A stretch of 49,491 nucleotides of DNA from an uncultured Gammaproteobacteria bacterium (GTDB lineage: Bacteria > Patescibacteriota > Patescibacteriia > Magasanikbacterales > GWA2-37-8): positions 1-49,491 of the forward strand of contig CAZXFG010000001.1 in assembly GCA_964640515.1 (NCBI GenBank), written 5' to 3'. Position 1 is the stretch's first letter. Each line of letters opens with the position of its first letter. The translations under genes and the position numbers were made by a program. The notes under the pieces are model-generated. The model had not been told where the DNA came from. It worked only from the letters and a program-made list of their open reading frames with translations, and searched no databases. Shown piece by piece: positions 1 to 8,909 of the stretch.

Positions 1-74
1 AAAAAATGCCCCAGCTCATGCGCCAAAACTAAAATCCCCAAAACAGCCAAAAAAACCACTAAAGTTAGAAGCAT
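1..74 (-). CDS. Site-2 (M50/RseP-like) zinc metalloprotease, first 24 codons only; gene runs off the left edge
   Basis: Reverse complement starts with ATG (72..74) and reads MLLTLVVFLAVLGILVLAHELGHF. HExxH sits in a first TM helix as in RseP-type proteases. Too short for the ORF track. Confidence 0.5.
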   Translation of the reverse strand, partial: MLLTLVVFLAVLGILVLAHELGHF

Positions 75-135
75 AAAATTGTGTCCAATTTAGTATTTCA
101 TTATTATATAATAACTGCGCGAAAAAGCAACCTTA

Positions 136-1503
136 TCACTCAATGATAATTTTTTTAATAAGACCTAATTTCTCTCGCATCATCTCCTCGGTTTTGGCCT
201 CCAAATTCAACCGCAACAATGACTCGGTATTGCTGGGCCGCACATTAAACCAAAAATCATCATAGGTAAAAGTCAAACCATCTAAAGGATTAATCTTGGC
301 ATCCTTGAATTTTTCTTTGAGTCTTTCCAAAATTTTATCTTTATCAGCCACTTTATAATTAATCTCTCCGGAATGAAAATACTTTTGCAGGGGTTTTACA
401 TAATCATGGGCCGACAAATTCTTTTCGGAAAGCTCTTGTAAAAATTGCAGGACGATGATTTCCGGCGCTTCATAAATTCCATGCGGAAATTTTACGAAAA
501 AATGCCCGGATGATTCACCTCCAAAAACCGCGCCAGTCTCAATCATCCGCTTTTTAATCAAAGAATGTCCAACGCGGGTGAGCAACGGCTGGCCGCCGGC
601 TTCTAAAATCATATCCTCGGTTATTTTTCCCGGACGAATATCATAACAAATAGTCGCCCCGGGATGCTTACGCAAAAATATCCGGGCGATTATCCCCCTC
701 ATGATGGCCGGTTCTATCTTTTCCCCTTGATTATCAAAGAAAAATATCCTGTCGCCATCGCCATCAGTCGCTATGCCCAAGTCTGCCTTTTCCTCCATAA
801 TCCTGCGGCGCAATTCACTCGTAAATTCATCTTGCATGGGATCGGCTTGGTGGGCGGGAAAGGAGCCGTCTAATTTTTCGTTCAATTTAATTATTTCCAA
901 TTGCGGTGTATGTTTGAAAAGCTCATCCAAATAAAGGATGCCCATGGCATTAGCCGTATCTATTATTATTTTCAGGGGTTTGATTTTTTCTAAATCAGCG
1001 TATCTAAGAGCAAAAGATACCTGTTCTTCTAAAACTCCGCTTTTCTCCGTGATTTCTCCCTCGCGCGATGGAGCGCTAAACTCTCCAAGAATCGCCAAAT
1101 CTTTCAATTCTTCCATGCCACTGCCCGCTCCTACCGGCATGGCTCGATTACGAACCATTTTTATTCCATTGTATTCTTTCGGATTGTGCGACGCGGAAAT
1201 TAACAAACCGCCATCATAACCATAGTATGAAACCGCAAAATAGAAGGTCGGCGTTGATACCAAGCCAATTTCCACCACATTAACACCTTGGGCGACCAAC
1301 CCTCGTCTAAGAGATTCGTAAAGTTCAGGCGAGGAAAGACGCATATCACGGCCAATCACCAAAGTGATATCTTCTTTTTTCAGCTCCTGTTGCCTCATTT
1401 GACCAAAAACGCGAGCGATGTTATATACTATCTCTCCGTCTAACTCCTCGGGATATTTCCCCCGTATATCGTATGCTTTGAAAATCTGCGGGTTAACCTT
1501 CAT
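136..1503 (-). CDS. Phosphomannomutase/phosphoglucomutase (alpha-D-phosphohexomutase family)
   Basis: 455 aa ORF with FKAYDIRG N-terminus, catalytic Ser loop SASHNPKEYNGIK and metal loop DGDGDR. Confidence 0.9.
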   Translation of the reverse strand: MKVNPQIFKAYDIRGKYPEELDGEIVYNIARVFGQMRQQELKKEDITLVIGRDMRLSSPELYESLRRGLVAQGVNVVEIGLVSTPTFYFAVSYYGYDGGLLISASHNPKEYNGIKMVRNRAMPVGAGSGMEELKDLAILGEFSAPSREGEITEKSGVLEEQVSFALRYADLEKIKPLKIIIDTANAMGILYLDELFKHTPQLEIIKLNEKLDGSFPAHQADPMQDEFTSELRRRIMEEKADLGIATDGDGDRIFFFDNQGEKIEPAIMRGIIARIFLRKHPGATICYDIRPGKITEDMILEAGGQPLLTRVGHSLIKKRMIETGAVFGGESSGHFFVKFPHGIYEAPEIIVLQFLQELSEKNLSAHDYVKPLQKYFHSGEINYKVADKDKILERLKEKFKDAKINPLDGLTFTYDDFWFNVRPSNTESLLRLNLEAKTEEMMREKLGLIKKIIIE

Positions 1504-1520
1504 AAATATATGCTTTTTCT

Positions 1521-1549
1521 TTGACTAAATAGTGTTTTCATTATATAAT
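1521..1549 (+). promoter_or_regulatory. Candidate sigma70-type promoter for clpC
   Basis: TTGACT (1521..1526), 17-nt spacer, TATAAT (1544..1549), about 100 nt upstream of the clpC ATG. Confidence 0.4.
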
Positions 1550-1649
1550 ATACCTGCAAAAATGGCAATTATAAGCGAAGCTTGAAATTTCGTCAGGTCT
1601 CGCAAAAAAATAAAATACATTTTATTTTTTTGACTCAACCTTAGAAATT

Positions 1650-4184
1650 ATGAATATAATAGATCGTTTTTCCACGCATCTTAAAGAGGTTTTGACTCGT
1701 AGCATCCATTTGGCCACCGAGTTAAAAAACCCGGAAGTGTTTCCCCTGCACTTTCTTTACACTATGCACACCCAAAAAGGCGCGGTAGCGGCCGAGATTT
1801 TGCGTCGTTTTAATATTGACCAAAAAATACTGGAACAAATTCTGCTCAATCTGCCGGTCGTGCCGAAGAAAAAAACCAATGAAGAAAATAATGTCGCCCA
1901 AGTCCAGCTCACCCCACTTTCAAATGCCTGCAAAACCATTTTGGAACGCGCCATGTTGATTGCCCAGGAAAACCAGCATAATTATCTCGGCACGGAACAC
2001 CTTTTGTCCGCCTTAATCCGTTCGGGAGATAATTATTGCGATGAAACTTTTCAGATTAACAATGTTAAAACGGCTGATTTAGAAAAACAGATGCAAACTG
2101 TTTTGCGTAATTCCACCCAATTTCCGCAAATCACCGAAGTGGCGGAATTAGCGGATAAAATCCAAGAAAATTTGATCACGCCTCCCGGACCTCTTGCGGG
2201 CGGAGAAAATATGATTATGCCGCCGGAAACAATAAACAAAAAAAAACACCGTAAAGAAACCGCTCTGGATTTTTTTGCCACCAACCTCACCCACCCGGAA
2301 ACACAAAAAAATATTGATCCGGTCATCGGCCGAGAGATGGAAATAGAACGGCTTATTCAGATACTCTGCCGCCGCGCCAAAAACAATCCGATATTACTGG
2401 GCGATCCCGGGGTGGGCAAAACCGCCATCGTGGAAGGATTGGCCAAAAAAATTATGGCTGGCGACGCGCCGGATCTTTTATTGAATAAAAAAATATACGC
2501 TCTGGACATGGGCCTGTTGGTCGCCGGCACCATCTATCGCGGTGAATTTGAAGCCCGTTTGAAACAAGTGATTGAAGAAGTGGCCCAAGATTCTTCTGTG
2601 ATTTTATTTATTGACGAAATCCACAATATCGTGGGCGCGGGAAGCAACCAAGGCACCATGGACGCGGCTAATATTTTGAAACCGGCTTTAGCCCGCGGAC
2701 AAATTCGCTGTATCGGCGCCACCACCCCGGCCGAATACAAAAAATATATTGAGAACGACGCGGCCTTGGAACGCCGTTTTATGCCCATTCAAGTAAAACA
2801 ACCGAGCGTGGAAGACGCGGTGAAAATCTTAAGCGGCATCAAAAAAAATTATGAGCTGTATCATCAGGTAAAAATATTGCCTGAAGCGGTAGAGGCCACG
2901 GTCCGCCTTTCCGACCGCTATATTTCCGGAAAATTCTTGCCGGACAAGGCTATTGATCTTTTGGATGAAACGGCCGCCGCCAAAAGATTGCTGGCCAAAT
3001 CATCATCTCTGGTGAGCCGTCTTCATCGGCTGGAACAAAAATTACAGACCGCCGTTTTAAATAAGGAAACCGCCGCGGCTGAAGATAAATTGGAGGAAGC
3101 TATAAAATTTAAAGAACAGGAAGCCAAATTAAAGGAAGAAATAAAAAAAATGCAAAAAAAATCCGGAGAAAAAAAGATTAAAATTTTGGGAACCATTACG
3201 GCGCGGGATGTGGCTGAACAAGTTGCTAAAATAACCGGCACTCCTCCGGCTGATTTGCTCTTAGCGGATAAAAGCCGTCTGTTGGGTCTGGAAAATGAAT
3301 TAAAAAAATATATTGTGGGTCAAGACCAGGTGATTGCCAAAATATCTCAATTGATTCGCCAGGCGGAGCTAAACCTCTCTCATCCCGAACGACCGCTCGC
3401 CTCTTTTCTCTTTGTGGGCGAAAGCGGAGTGGGCAAAACCGAACTGGGAAAAACGCTGGCTAAAGTGCTTTTTGCCAATCCGGACGCGCTCATCAAACTG
3501 GATATGAGCGAATTTCACGAGAGCTATAGCAGTTCCAAACTCCTGGGCTCTCCGGCCGGCTATGTGGGATATAAAGAAAGCAACCAATTTACGGATAAAA
3601 TAAAAATGAATCCCTATTGTGTCATCTTGTTTGATGAAATAGACAAGGCGCACAAGGATGTCACCAAATTATTGTTGCAAATGCTGGAGAACGGCGAGAT
3701 TACCGATTCCACGGGCAAAAAAATTTCCTTAAAACATGCTATAATAATCATGACTACCTCTCTCGGGGCCAGTGAAGCCAAGAAAGGTAATTTTGGGTTT
3801 GGCGCCCAAGACGGCGCGGTGGAAGAAGGTAAAAAACGGCTGATAGAAAAACTAAAAGAATATTTTTCCCCGGAATTAATCAACCGCTTGGATCAAATTT
3901 GCATTTTCCGTCCGCTCTCCAAAACAGATTTGGTTCAAATAGCTGAATTGGAAATCAATCATCTAAACGACCGCTTAAAAAATTATCATACCCGTTTGAA
4001 CGCGGAACAAGAAATATTGGATTGGATGGTGCGGCAATTGCCGGAAAAAAACACCGGAGCGCGCGACATTCGCCGCACGGTGCGAAAAGCGGTGGAAAGT
4101 CTGGTCTCCCAAACGATTTTAAACGGCAAAACAAAAAATAAATATCGCTTGCAACTAAAAGATGAGAGACTACAGCTTGTGTAA
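1650..4184 (+). CDS. clpC: ClpC-type AAA+ unfoldase (Clp protease ATP-binding subunit)
   Basis: 844 aa. Clp_N-like N-terminus, two Walker A motifs (GDPGVGKTA, GESGVGKTE), short coiled M-domain and a GNFGFG loop resembling the ClpP-docking [LIV]GF tripeptide. Confidence 0.9.
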   Translation: MNIIDRFSTHLKEVLTRSIHLATELKNPEVFPLHFLYTMHTQKGAVAAEILRRFNIDQKILEQILLNLPVVPKKKTNEENNVAQVQLTPLSNACKTILERAMLIAQENQHNYLGTEHLLSALIRSGDNYCDETFQINNVKTADLEKQMQTVLRNSTQFPQITEVAELADKIQENLITPPGPLAGGENMIMPPETINKKKHRKETALDFFATNLTHPETQKNIDPVIGREMEIERLIQILCRRAKNNPILLGDPGVGKTAIVEGLAKKIMAGDAPDLLLNKKIYALDMGLLVAGTIYRGEFEARLKQVIEEVAQDSSVILFIDEIHNIVGAGSNQGTMDAANILKPALARGQIRCIGATTPAEYKKYIENDAALERRFMPIQVKQPSVEDAVKILSGIKKNYELYHQVKILPEAVEATVRLSDRYISGKFLPDKAIDLLDETAAAKRLLAKSSSLVSRLHRLEQKLQTAVLNKETAAAEDKLEEAIKFKEQEAKLKEEIKKMQKKSGEKKIKILGTITARDVAEQVAKITGTPPADLLLADKSRLLGLENELKKYIVGQDQVIAKISQLIRQAELNLSHPERPLASFLFVGESGVGKTELGKTLAKVLFANPDALIKLDMSEFHESYSSSKLLGSPAGYVGYKESNQFTDKIKMNPYCVILFDEIDKAHKDVTKLLLQMLENGEITDSTGKKISLKHAIIIMTTSLGASEAKKGNFGFGAQDGAVEEGKKRLIEKLKEYFSPELINRLDQICIFRPLSKTDLVQIAELEINHLNDRLKNYHTRLNAEQEILDWMVRQLPEKNTGARDIRRTVRKAVESLVSQTILNGKTKNKYRLQLKDERLQLV

Positions 4185-4193
4185 TCCGCTCTT

Positions 4194-5816
4194 ATGGCCA
4201 AACCGGCCGCGCGACAAAATGACGATGAAGTTGAGGTAGAAAAAACCGGCCCGGGCGCGGAGGCGGTGAATATTGATATTGACCGGGATGGCGGACCGGG
4301 GACGGGAGGAGCGGCCAATACTGACATGGACATAAAATCAGTATCTGGAGATGGCGCTAAAGCGCGCAAAACAGGACCGGGGAAAATAGAGATAGAGACA
4401 GAAATAGAATTGCCTGAAGAAGCGGCGAATATAGACGAAGAGGCGCTAGCCGCTGCCGCCAACTTAGATCAGGAACCGGAACAAAATGAAACAGCAACAC
4501 CTACGCCTGCTTCATCTACGTCTACACCACCGGCAACGCCGGAAAAAGTAGAACCGAAAAAGGAGGGAGAAGAAACAGCGCCGGAAAAAACAGAACAGCC
4601 GGAGGAAGCGACTCCAAAGGAAAAGGAAGCAGACGAAACAAAGAAGCCGGAGGGAGAGAAACCGGAGGACGCTCCGGAGGCAGAGAGCGATGGCGAGAAT
4701 CCTACCGATGAACAAAAGCCGGAAGAAACGGCCCCCACGCCTGAAGAAACGCCGGCGGAAGATAAAAAAGAATCAGAGGATGCCACCCCGAGTGCGGAAA
4801 AAAAACCAGAAGGAGAAGCTAAGCCAGGAGAAGAAGAAAAACAAAAAGAAGAAGCAAAAAAGAAAGAAGATGAAAAAAAAGCCGCTGATGAAAAAAAATC
4901 GGCTGAAACAGAAACCGAATCGAAAAAACCAGATGGAGAAAAAACAACAGAACCTCCTAAAAAAGAAGGCGAGCAACAAACCGCCGAACCTGCTGAAGAA
5001 AAACCGGCAGAAACCCCTGCGGAGAAGACCCCCCAATCTGAAGAACAAGGTATCGGAACGACAGAGCCACCCAAAATGCCGGAACAGGAAACCGGTGAAG
5101 AAGCGACAGCCGCCGGGAACGCCCCGCCAGAACTGTCGGCCGAAGAACAAGGAAACGTTAACCCGCGACAACCAATTGAACCAGGGACTGACCAACCTAA
5201 GACATCAGGAGCTGCGGAACAGGGAGAAAAAGCCGAGGGTGGAGAACCAAAAAAAATAGAAGGTGGCGACACCGGGGCGGCAGCAACGGAGTTATCTCAA
5301 AAAAAATCAGCCCAAATTAAAACATCTGAAGGGACTACCAGCGATAGTTCTGGCGACATAGGTTCATTATTATCTGGGAACAAACTGGCGGCTATTTCTC
5401 GCTTTATGCCCGGCACTGGCGCAATGATAAACGGTACATTGGGGCAACTCGTAGGAAAAGGGAAAACCGCGGAAGCGAAATTAGCGGTATGCAATATCTT
5501 TTTGTTACAACTGAAACTAATCAAAAAAATTACAAACATCGTTGATGGATTCACACAATGGCTGGAAAAATGGGTTTCCTGGGCGCTTGAACTCTACTGG
5601 TGGACTATTATTGGAGCTATTTTTGATATTTTAATAGTATTGCCGTGTTTTTTACTCTGGTACTTTGTCTTTGACGGGCCAATCAGTAAAATCGTAGAAG
5701 AAATAATAAAAGTAGTGGAACAAGTAAAAAAAATGCTAGAAAAACAAATAGCTGAAGAGCGCGCAAAGCAACTCAAAAAAGCAAAAGAAGAACAAATGGC
5801 TCAGACATCCGGGTAA
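4194..5816 (+). CDS. Hypothetical acidic E/K/P/T-rich low-complexity protein with C-terminal TM anchor
   Basis: 540 aa ORF starting 10 nt after the clpC stop. About 400 aa have almost no hydrophobic residues. C-terminus has WWTIIGAIFDILIVLPCFLLWYFVF followed by a K/E-rich helix. Long ORFs in other frames are low-complexity shadows. Confidence 0.7.
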   Translation: MAKPAARQNDDEVEVEKTGPGAEAVNIDIDRDGGPGTGGAANTDMDIKSVSGDGAKARKTGPGKIEIETEIELPEEAANIDEEALAAAANLDQEPEQNETATPTPASSTSTPPATPEKVEPKKEGEETAPEKTEQPEEATPKEKEADETKKPEGEKPEDAPEAESDGENPTDEQKPEETAPTPEETPAEDKKESEDATPSAEKKPEGEAKPGEEEKQKEEAKKKEDEKKAADEKKSAETETESKKPDGEKTTEPPKKEGEQQTAEPAEEKPAETPAEKTPQSEEQGIGTTEPPKMPEQETGEEATAAGNAPPELSAEEQGNVNPRQPIEPGTDQPKTSGAAEQGEKAEGGEPKKIEGGDTGAAATELSQKKSAQIKTSEGTTSDSSGDIGSLLSGNKLAAISRFMPGTGAMINGTLGQLVGKGKTAEAKLAVCNIFLLQLKLIKKITNIVDGFTQWLEKWVSWALELYWWTIIGAIFDILIVLPCFLLWYFVFDGPISKIVEEIIKVVEQVKKMLEKQIAEERAKQLKKAKEEQMAQTSG

Positions 5817-5853
5817 AAAATAATAAAATAATAATTATTTTAAAATATCAACT

Positions 5854-7092
5854 ATGTCCCCCACTCTCAAAAAAGCTCTGTTACTGCTCCTAATCTTAGT
5901 CGTGGCCGGCGCTATCGGTTTTGCCCTGTATTATTTCTTTATCAAAGCCGGACCAGCCGCCTTGCGCCTGCCTACTGTTAAAAAAACTCCGGTTACGGGC
6001 GAACTGCCCCCAGCTGGCGAAAGAAAACCGGGAGAAGGAGCGGGAGTGGTTACCCCGGGCGCCGGACAATTGCCTACCGCCGGTGTGATTACCGGCACCC
6101 AACCCGGCGCCAGCTATTACCGTCCGGAAGCGGTAACCAAGATTATTTCCGACTACGCGGTTTATCCTTCCTTAAGTTATAGCGGCGCCATGCGCTACCA
6201 CAACGCGGCTGATGGAAAATTTTATCGTCTGGGACCGGATGGCCAGGCCAGCGCCATTTCCGACCAAGTTTTTTATAATGTTTCCAATGTCACCTGGGCT
6301 AAAAATCAAGACAAGGCGGTTATTGAATATCCGGACAATTCCAAAATAGTTTACAATTTTGAGACAAATAAACAAGTCACTCTTCCCAAACATTGGAGCG
6401 AATTTTCATTTTCCAACGACAGTTCACAAATCGTGGCGAAAAGTTTGGGGCTCTCACCCGAAAATCGCTGGCTGGTGGTAACTAATGACGACGGCACAGG
6501 CGCTAAACTAATTGAACCGATGGGTGAAAACGCCGATAAAGTGCAAATCAGTTGGTCCCCCAGCCGGCAGGTGGTAGCTTTTTCCCAAACCGGACAACCT
6601 TTAGGCGCGGACCGCCGAGAGGTATTATTGGTTGGTCTGAACCATGAAAATTTTAAATCTCTGACCGTAGAGGGAATGGGATTTCTGCCCGAATGGTCGC
6701 CCACAGGCAAAAAATTGTTATACAGCGTGTACAGCGGCCGCAGTAACCTCAAACCAGAACTCTGGATAACCAACTCTTACGGTGACGAGATCGGATCCAA
6801 TCGCCAATTACTTAACATCAATACCTGGGCGGATAAATGCGCTTTCGGCGGAGATGAAGTCATTTTTTGCGCCGTGCCCCGCGACCTACCGCAAGGAGCC
6901 GGCCTGTCTAGAAATATTTCCGTGGGCACACCGGATGATTTGTATAAAATAGATTTAAAAACCGGTTTAAAAACGCCCATCGGTTTGGGCGGAGAAAATT
7001 TTTCTATCAATAATATCTCCTATGACGCCGAAAAAAACAAAGTAATTTTTACGGATGTCAACAAAAATGGCATCTTTGAAGCTAATCTCTAG
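5854..7092 (+). CDS. Membrane-anchored PD40/TolB-like beta-propeller protein
   Basis: 412 aa. N-terminal TM helix (LLLLLILVVAGAIGFALYYFF), P/G-rich linker and WSPS.../WSPTGKKLLYSV PD40-type repeats. Confidence 0.75.
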   Translation: MSPTLKKALLLLLILVVAGAIGFALYYFFIKAGPAALRLPTVKKTPVTGELPPAGERKPGEGAGVVTPGAGQLPTAGVITGTQPGASYYRPEAVTKIISDYAVYPSLSYSGAMRYHNAADGKFYRLGPDGQASAISDQVFYNVSNVTWAKNQDKAVIEYPDNSKIVYNFETNKQVTLPKHWSEFSFSNDSSQIVAKSLGLSPENRWLVVTNDDGTGAKLIEPMGENADKVQISWSPSRQVVAFSQTGQPLGADRREVLLVGLNHENFKSLTVEGMGFLPEWSPTGKKLLYSVYSGRSNLKPELWITNSYGDEIGSNRQLLNINTWADKCAFGGDEVIFCAVPRDLPQGAGLSRNISVGTPDDLYKIDLKTGLKTPIGLGGENFSINNISYDAEKNKVIFTDVNKNGIFEANL

Positions 7093-7096
7093 CCCT

Positions 7097-7756
7097 ATGC
7101 GCCCAGCCAAAAAATTATTTCTCATTCTCGCCCTGCTGATTATCGCCGTCATGTTCCTTTTTACTCGCGAATTGCGTAAAGCTTTTGATATTACCACTGA
7201 AACGGAAACCCGGCCAATCGTTTCCGAAAATACGGCGAATACCTTTTTAGTAGACAAAAGCGACTATGTGCTCGGCAATCCGGGCGCGGATTTAGATATT
7301 ATTATATTTGGAGATTTTAGCTGCGCCAAATGCCGAGAGGTTTATACCACTGTCTCGGCTTTAGTCCGGTCGCATCCCCAGGATATACGATTGGTTTGGA
7401 AAGGCGCTCCAATCGGAGGTATTTTTACTCGCGGCAATTTTCTCCCTCATCAGGCCGCTTACTGCGCCGGCCGGCAAAACAAATCTTTTGAATTCATGGA
7501 GCTTCTGATGGCGGACAAACATAATTTGAGCGAAGCGGGATTAAAAAAAGCGGCCGAAGGCCTCAAATTAAATGAAAACGCTTGGTGGCAGTGCTCCAAT
7601 TCTGAAGAAGCGAAAAATAAAGTGACGGATTCGGTATCATTATTTGACGCTCTGGGCTTAAGAACTCTTCCCGCTTTGTTTGTCAACAACAAATTGCTTA
7701 ATACTGACGCGGATATAAATTTGGAGGAAATACTGCTGTCCTTCATTAAAAAATAA
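7097..7756 (+). CDS. DsbA-like thiol:disulfide oxidoreductase, membrane anchored
   Basis: The track ORF starts at 7055 and overlaps the upstream gene. The ATG at 7097 gives MRPAKKLFLILALLIIAVMF. Thioredoxin-fold CxxC motif in FGDFSCAKCREVY. Confidence 0.8.
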   Translation: MRPAKKLFLILALLIIAVMFLFTRELRKAFDITTETETRPIVSENTANTFLVDKSDYVLGNPGADLDIIIFGDFSCAKCREVYTTVSALVRSHPQDIRLVWKGAPIGGIFTRGNFLPHQAAYCAGRQNKSFEFMELLMADKHNLSEAGLKKAAEGLKLNENAWWQCSNSEEAKNKVTDSVSLFDALGLRTLPALFVNNKLLNTDADINLEEILLSFIKK

Positions 7757-7761
7757 TTTTT

Positions 7762-8901
7762 ATGCGGAAAAAAATCGCCAACACGATTTTCTTTAGCTGG
7801 CTATTCCTATGGTCATTCTGCTTGAACGCGCCTTTAACTCTCGCGGCTGATGACATTAACCCCGGTGTTACCACTATTGAAGGCGAACTGCAGATCAAAA
7901 AACCGATTCTGAAGATTAATATCCCTAAATTAAACTTTAGTGAAGCGGCGCAAAATGTAGACGACTTGGGATACCTGCATCTCCCTTGGATCGGAGAATA
8001 TGTGACTGCCATTTACAAATTCGCCATGGTGATAGCCAGCATTATTGCCGTAATAGTGTTAATCATGCAGGGCGCGCGGGTAATCATTTCTGCCGGCGGT
8101 GAAGAAAAAAACGCCGCTTATAAAAGAATACTCCAAGCCGTGGTCGGATTATTTATCTGTTGGGGTTCTTACGCCATTTTATACAACATCAATCCGGATT
8201 TAGTGCAATTTAAGGCCTTGAAAGTAAAATACATCGAGAGAATACCGCTTATAGATGTAATAAACGAGCCTCTTGATAATTTACAAACTACCTACCAACA
8301 AATTGGATCTCTGAACATGCCTGACTTTAAACAATTTGATCAACGCTGGGGGAATATCACTTACGGCAATATAGATAAATTATGTGACAAAACAAAAGAT
8401 GCCGGGGAAATAAGTAAAAAATCCAACGAGTGCTGCACCTCTATCCAGGCATCCGGTTGCGGTCCAACTTCCCTTGCTATAATATTAACCGCATATGGAG
8501 CGCGAGCCACTCCTGAACAAACAAGCAAATTTTCCGGTAAAGGAGAAGAATACGGGAGGGTTTGCAATGTTGGGACGGCAATAGGCGTTACTATCAGCAA
8601 GTTAGACGAAAGTCCGTGGCCAAATTTTACAGGATCTAGGGTCAATAAAGAAAAGGCCTTGAATTTACTAAGAGAAGGAAGACCCATTATCTTTTTATGC
8701 ATCGGTTGTACGGGGCAAAAAACAAATAATGAAACAAGAAAATATAATGGACATTATATGGTTTTATCGGGAATCAACTCCGAGGGGAAAGTATTGGTCA
8801 GCGACCCGGGAGGTAATAAAAATACTGCCATAATATGGATGAACGAAAGTCAGCTTGATCAAAACGGCGGATTCTGGCATGTGTATCCGAGAAACAATTA
8901 A
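7762..8901 (+). CDS. Fusion of a T4SS-pilin/VirB2-like two-TM module with a C39-like (papain-fold) cysteine peptidase domain
   Basis: 379 aa with a signal-like N-terminus. The TM-loop-TM segment AMVIASIIAVIVLIMQGARVIISAGGEEKNAAYKRILQAVVGLFICW resembles TrbC/VirB2-type pilins. C-terminal domain has Cys in SGCGPTSLAI, His in GHYMVLSG and Asp in VSDPGG. Confidence 0.7.
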   Translation: MRKKIANTIFFSWLFLWSFCLNAPLTLAADDINPGVTTIEGELQIKKPILKINIPKLNFSEAAQNVDDLGYLHLPWIGEYVTAIYKFAMVIASIIAVIVLIMQGARVIISAGGEEKNAAYKRILQAVVGLFICWGSYAILYNINPDLVQFKALKVKYIERIPLIDVINEPLDNLQTTYQQIGSLNMPDFKQFDQRWGNITYGNIDKLCDKTKDAGEISKKSNECCTSIQASGCGPTSLAIILTAYGARATPEQTSKFSGKGEEYGRVCNVGTAIGVTISKLDESPWPNFTGSRVNKEKALNLLREGRPIIFLCIGCTGQKTNNETRKYNGHYMVLSGINSEGKVLVSDPGGNKNTAIIWMNESQLDQNGGFWHVYPRNN

Positions 8902-8909
8902 CATATATT

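Noticed and set aside
664-1219. + strand ORFs inside the phosphomannomutase gene (664..873, 938..1219), and similar antisense ORFs within clpC, recG, der and fusA
   Set aside because: They are antisense shadows inside well-supported conserved genes, with no motifs and no RBS context.
4469-5272. Long ORFs overlapping the acidic protein gene in other frames and on the other strand (4469..5272 -, 4690..5259 +, 4773..5195 -, 3986..4462 -)
   Set aside because: They are shadows of a purine-rich low-complexity coding region. Their translations are S/F/G-rich or K/R-rich nonsense, and only the 4194..5816 frame ends in a credible TM domain.
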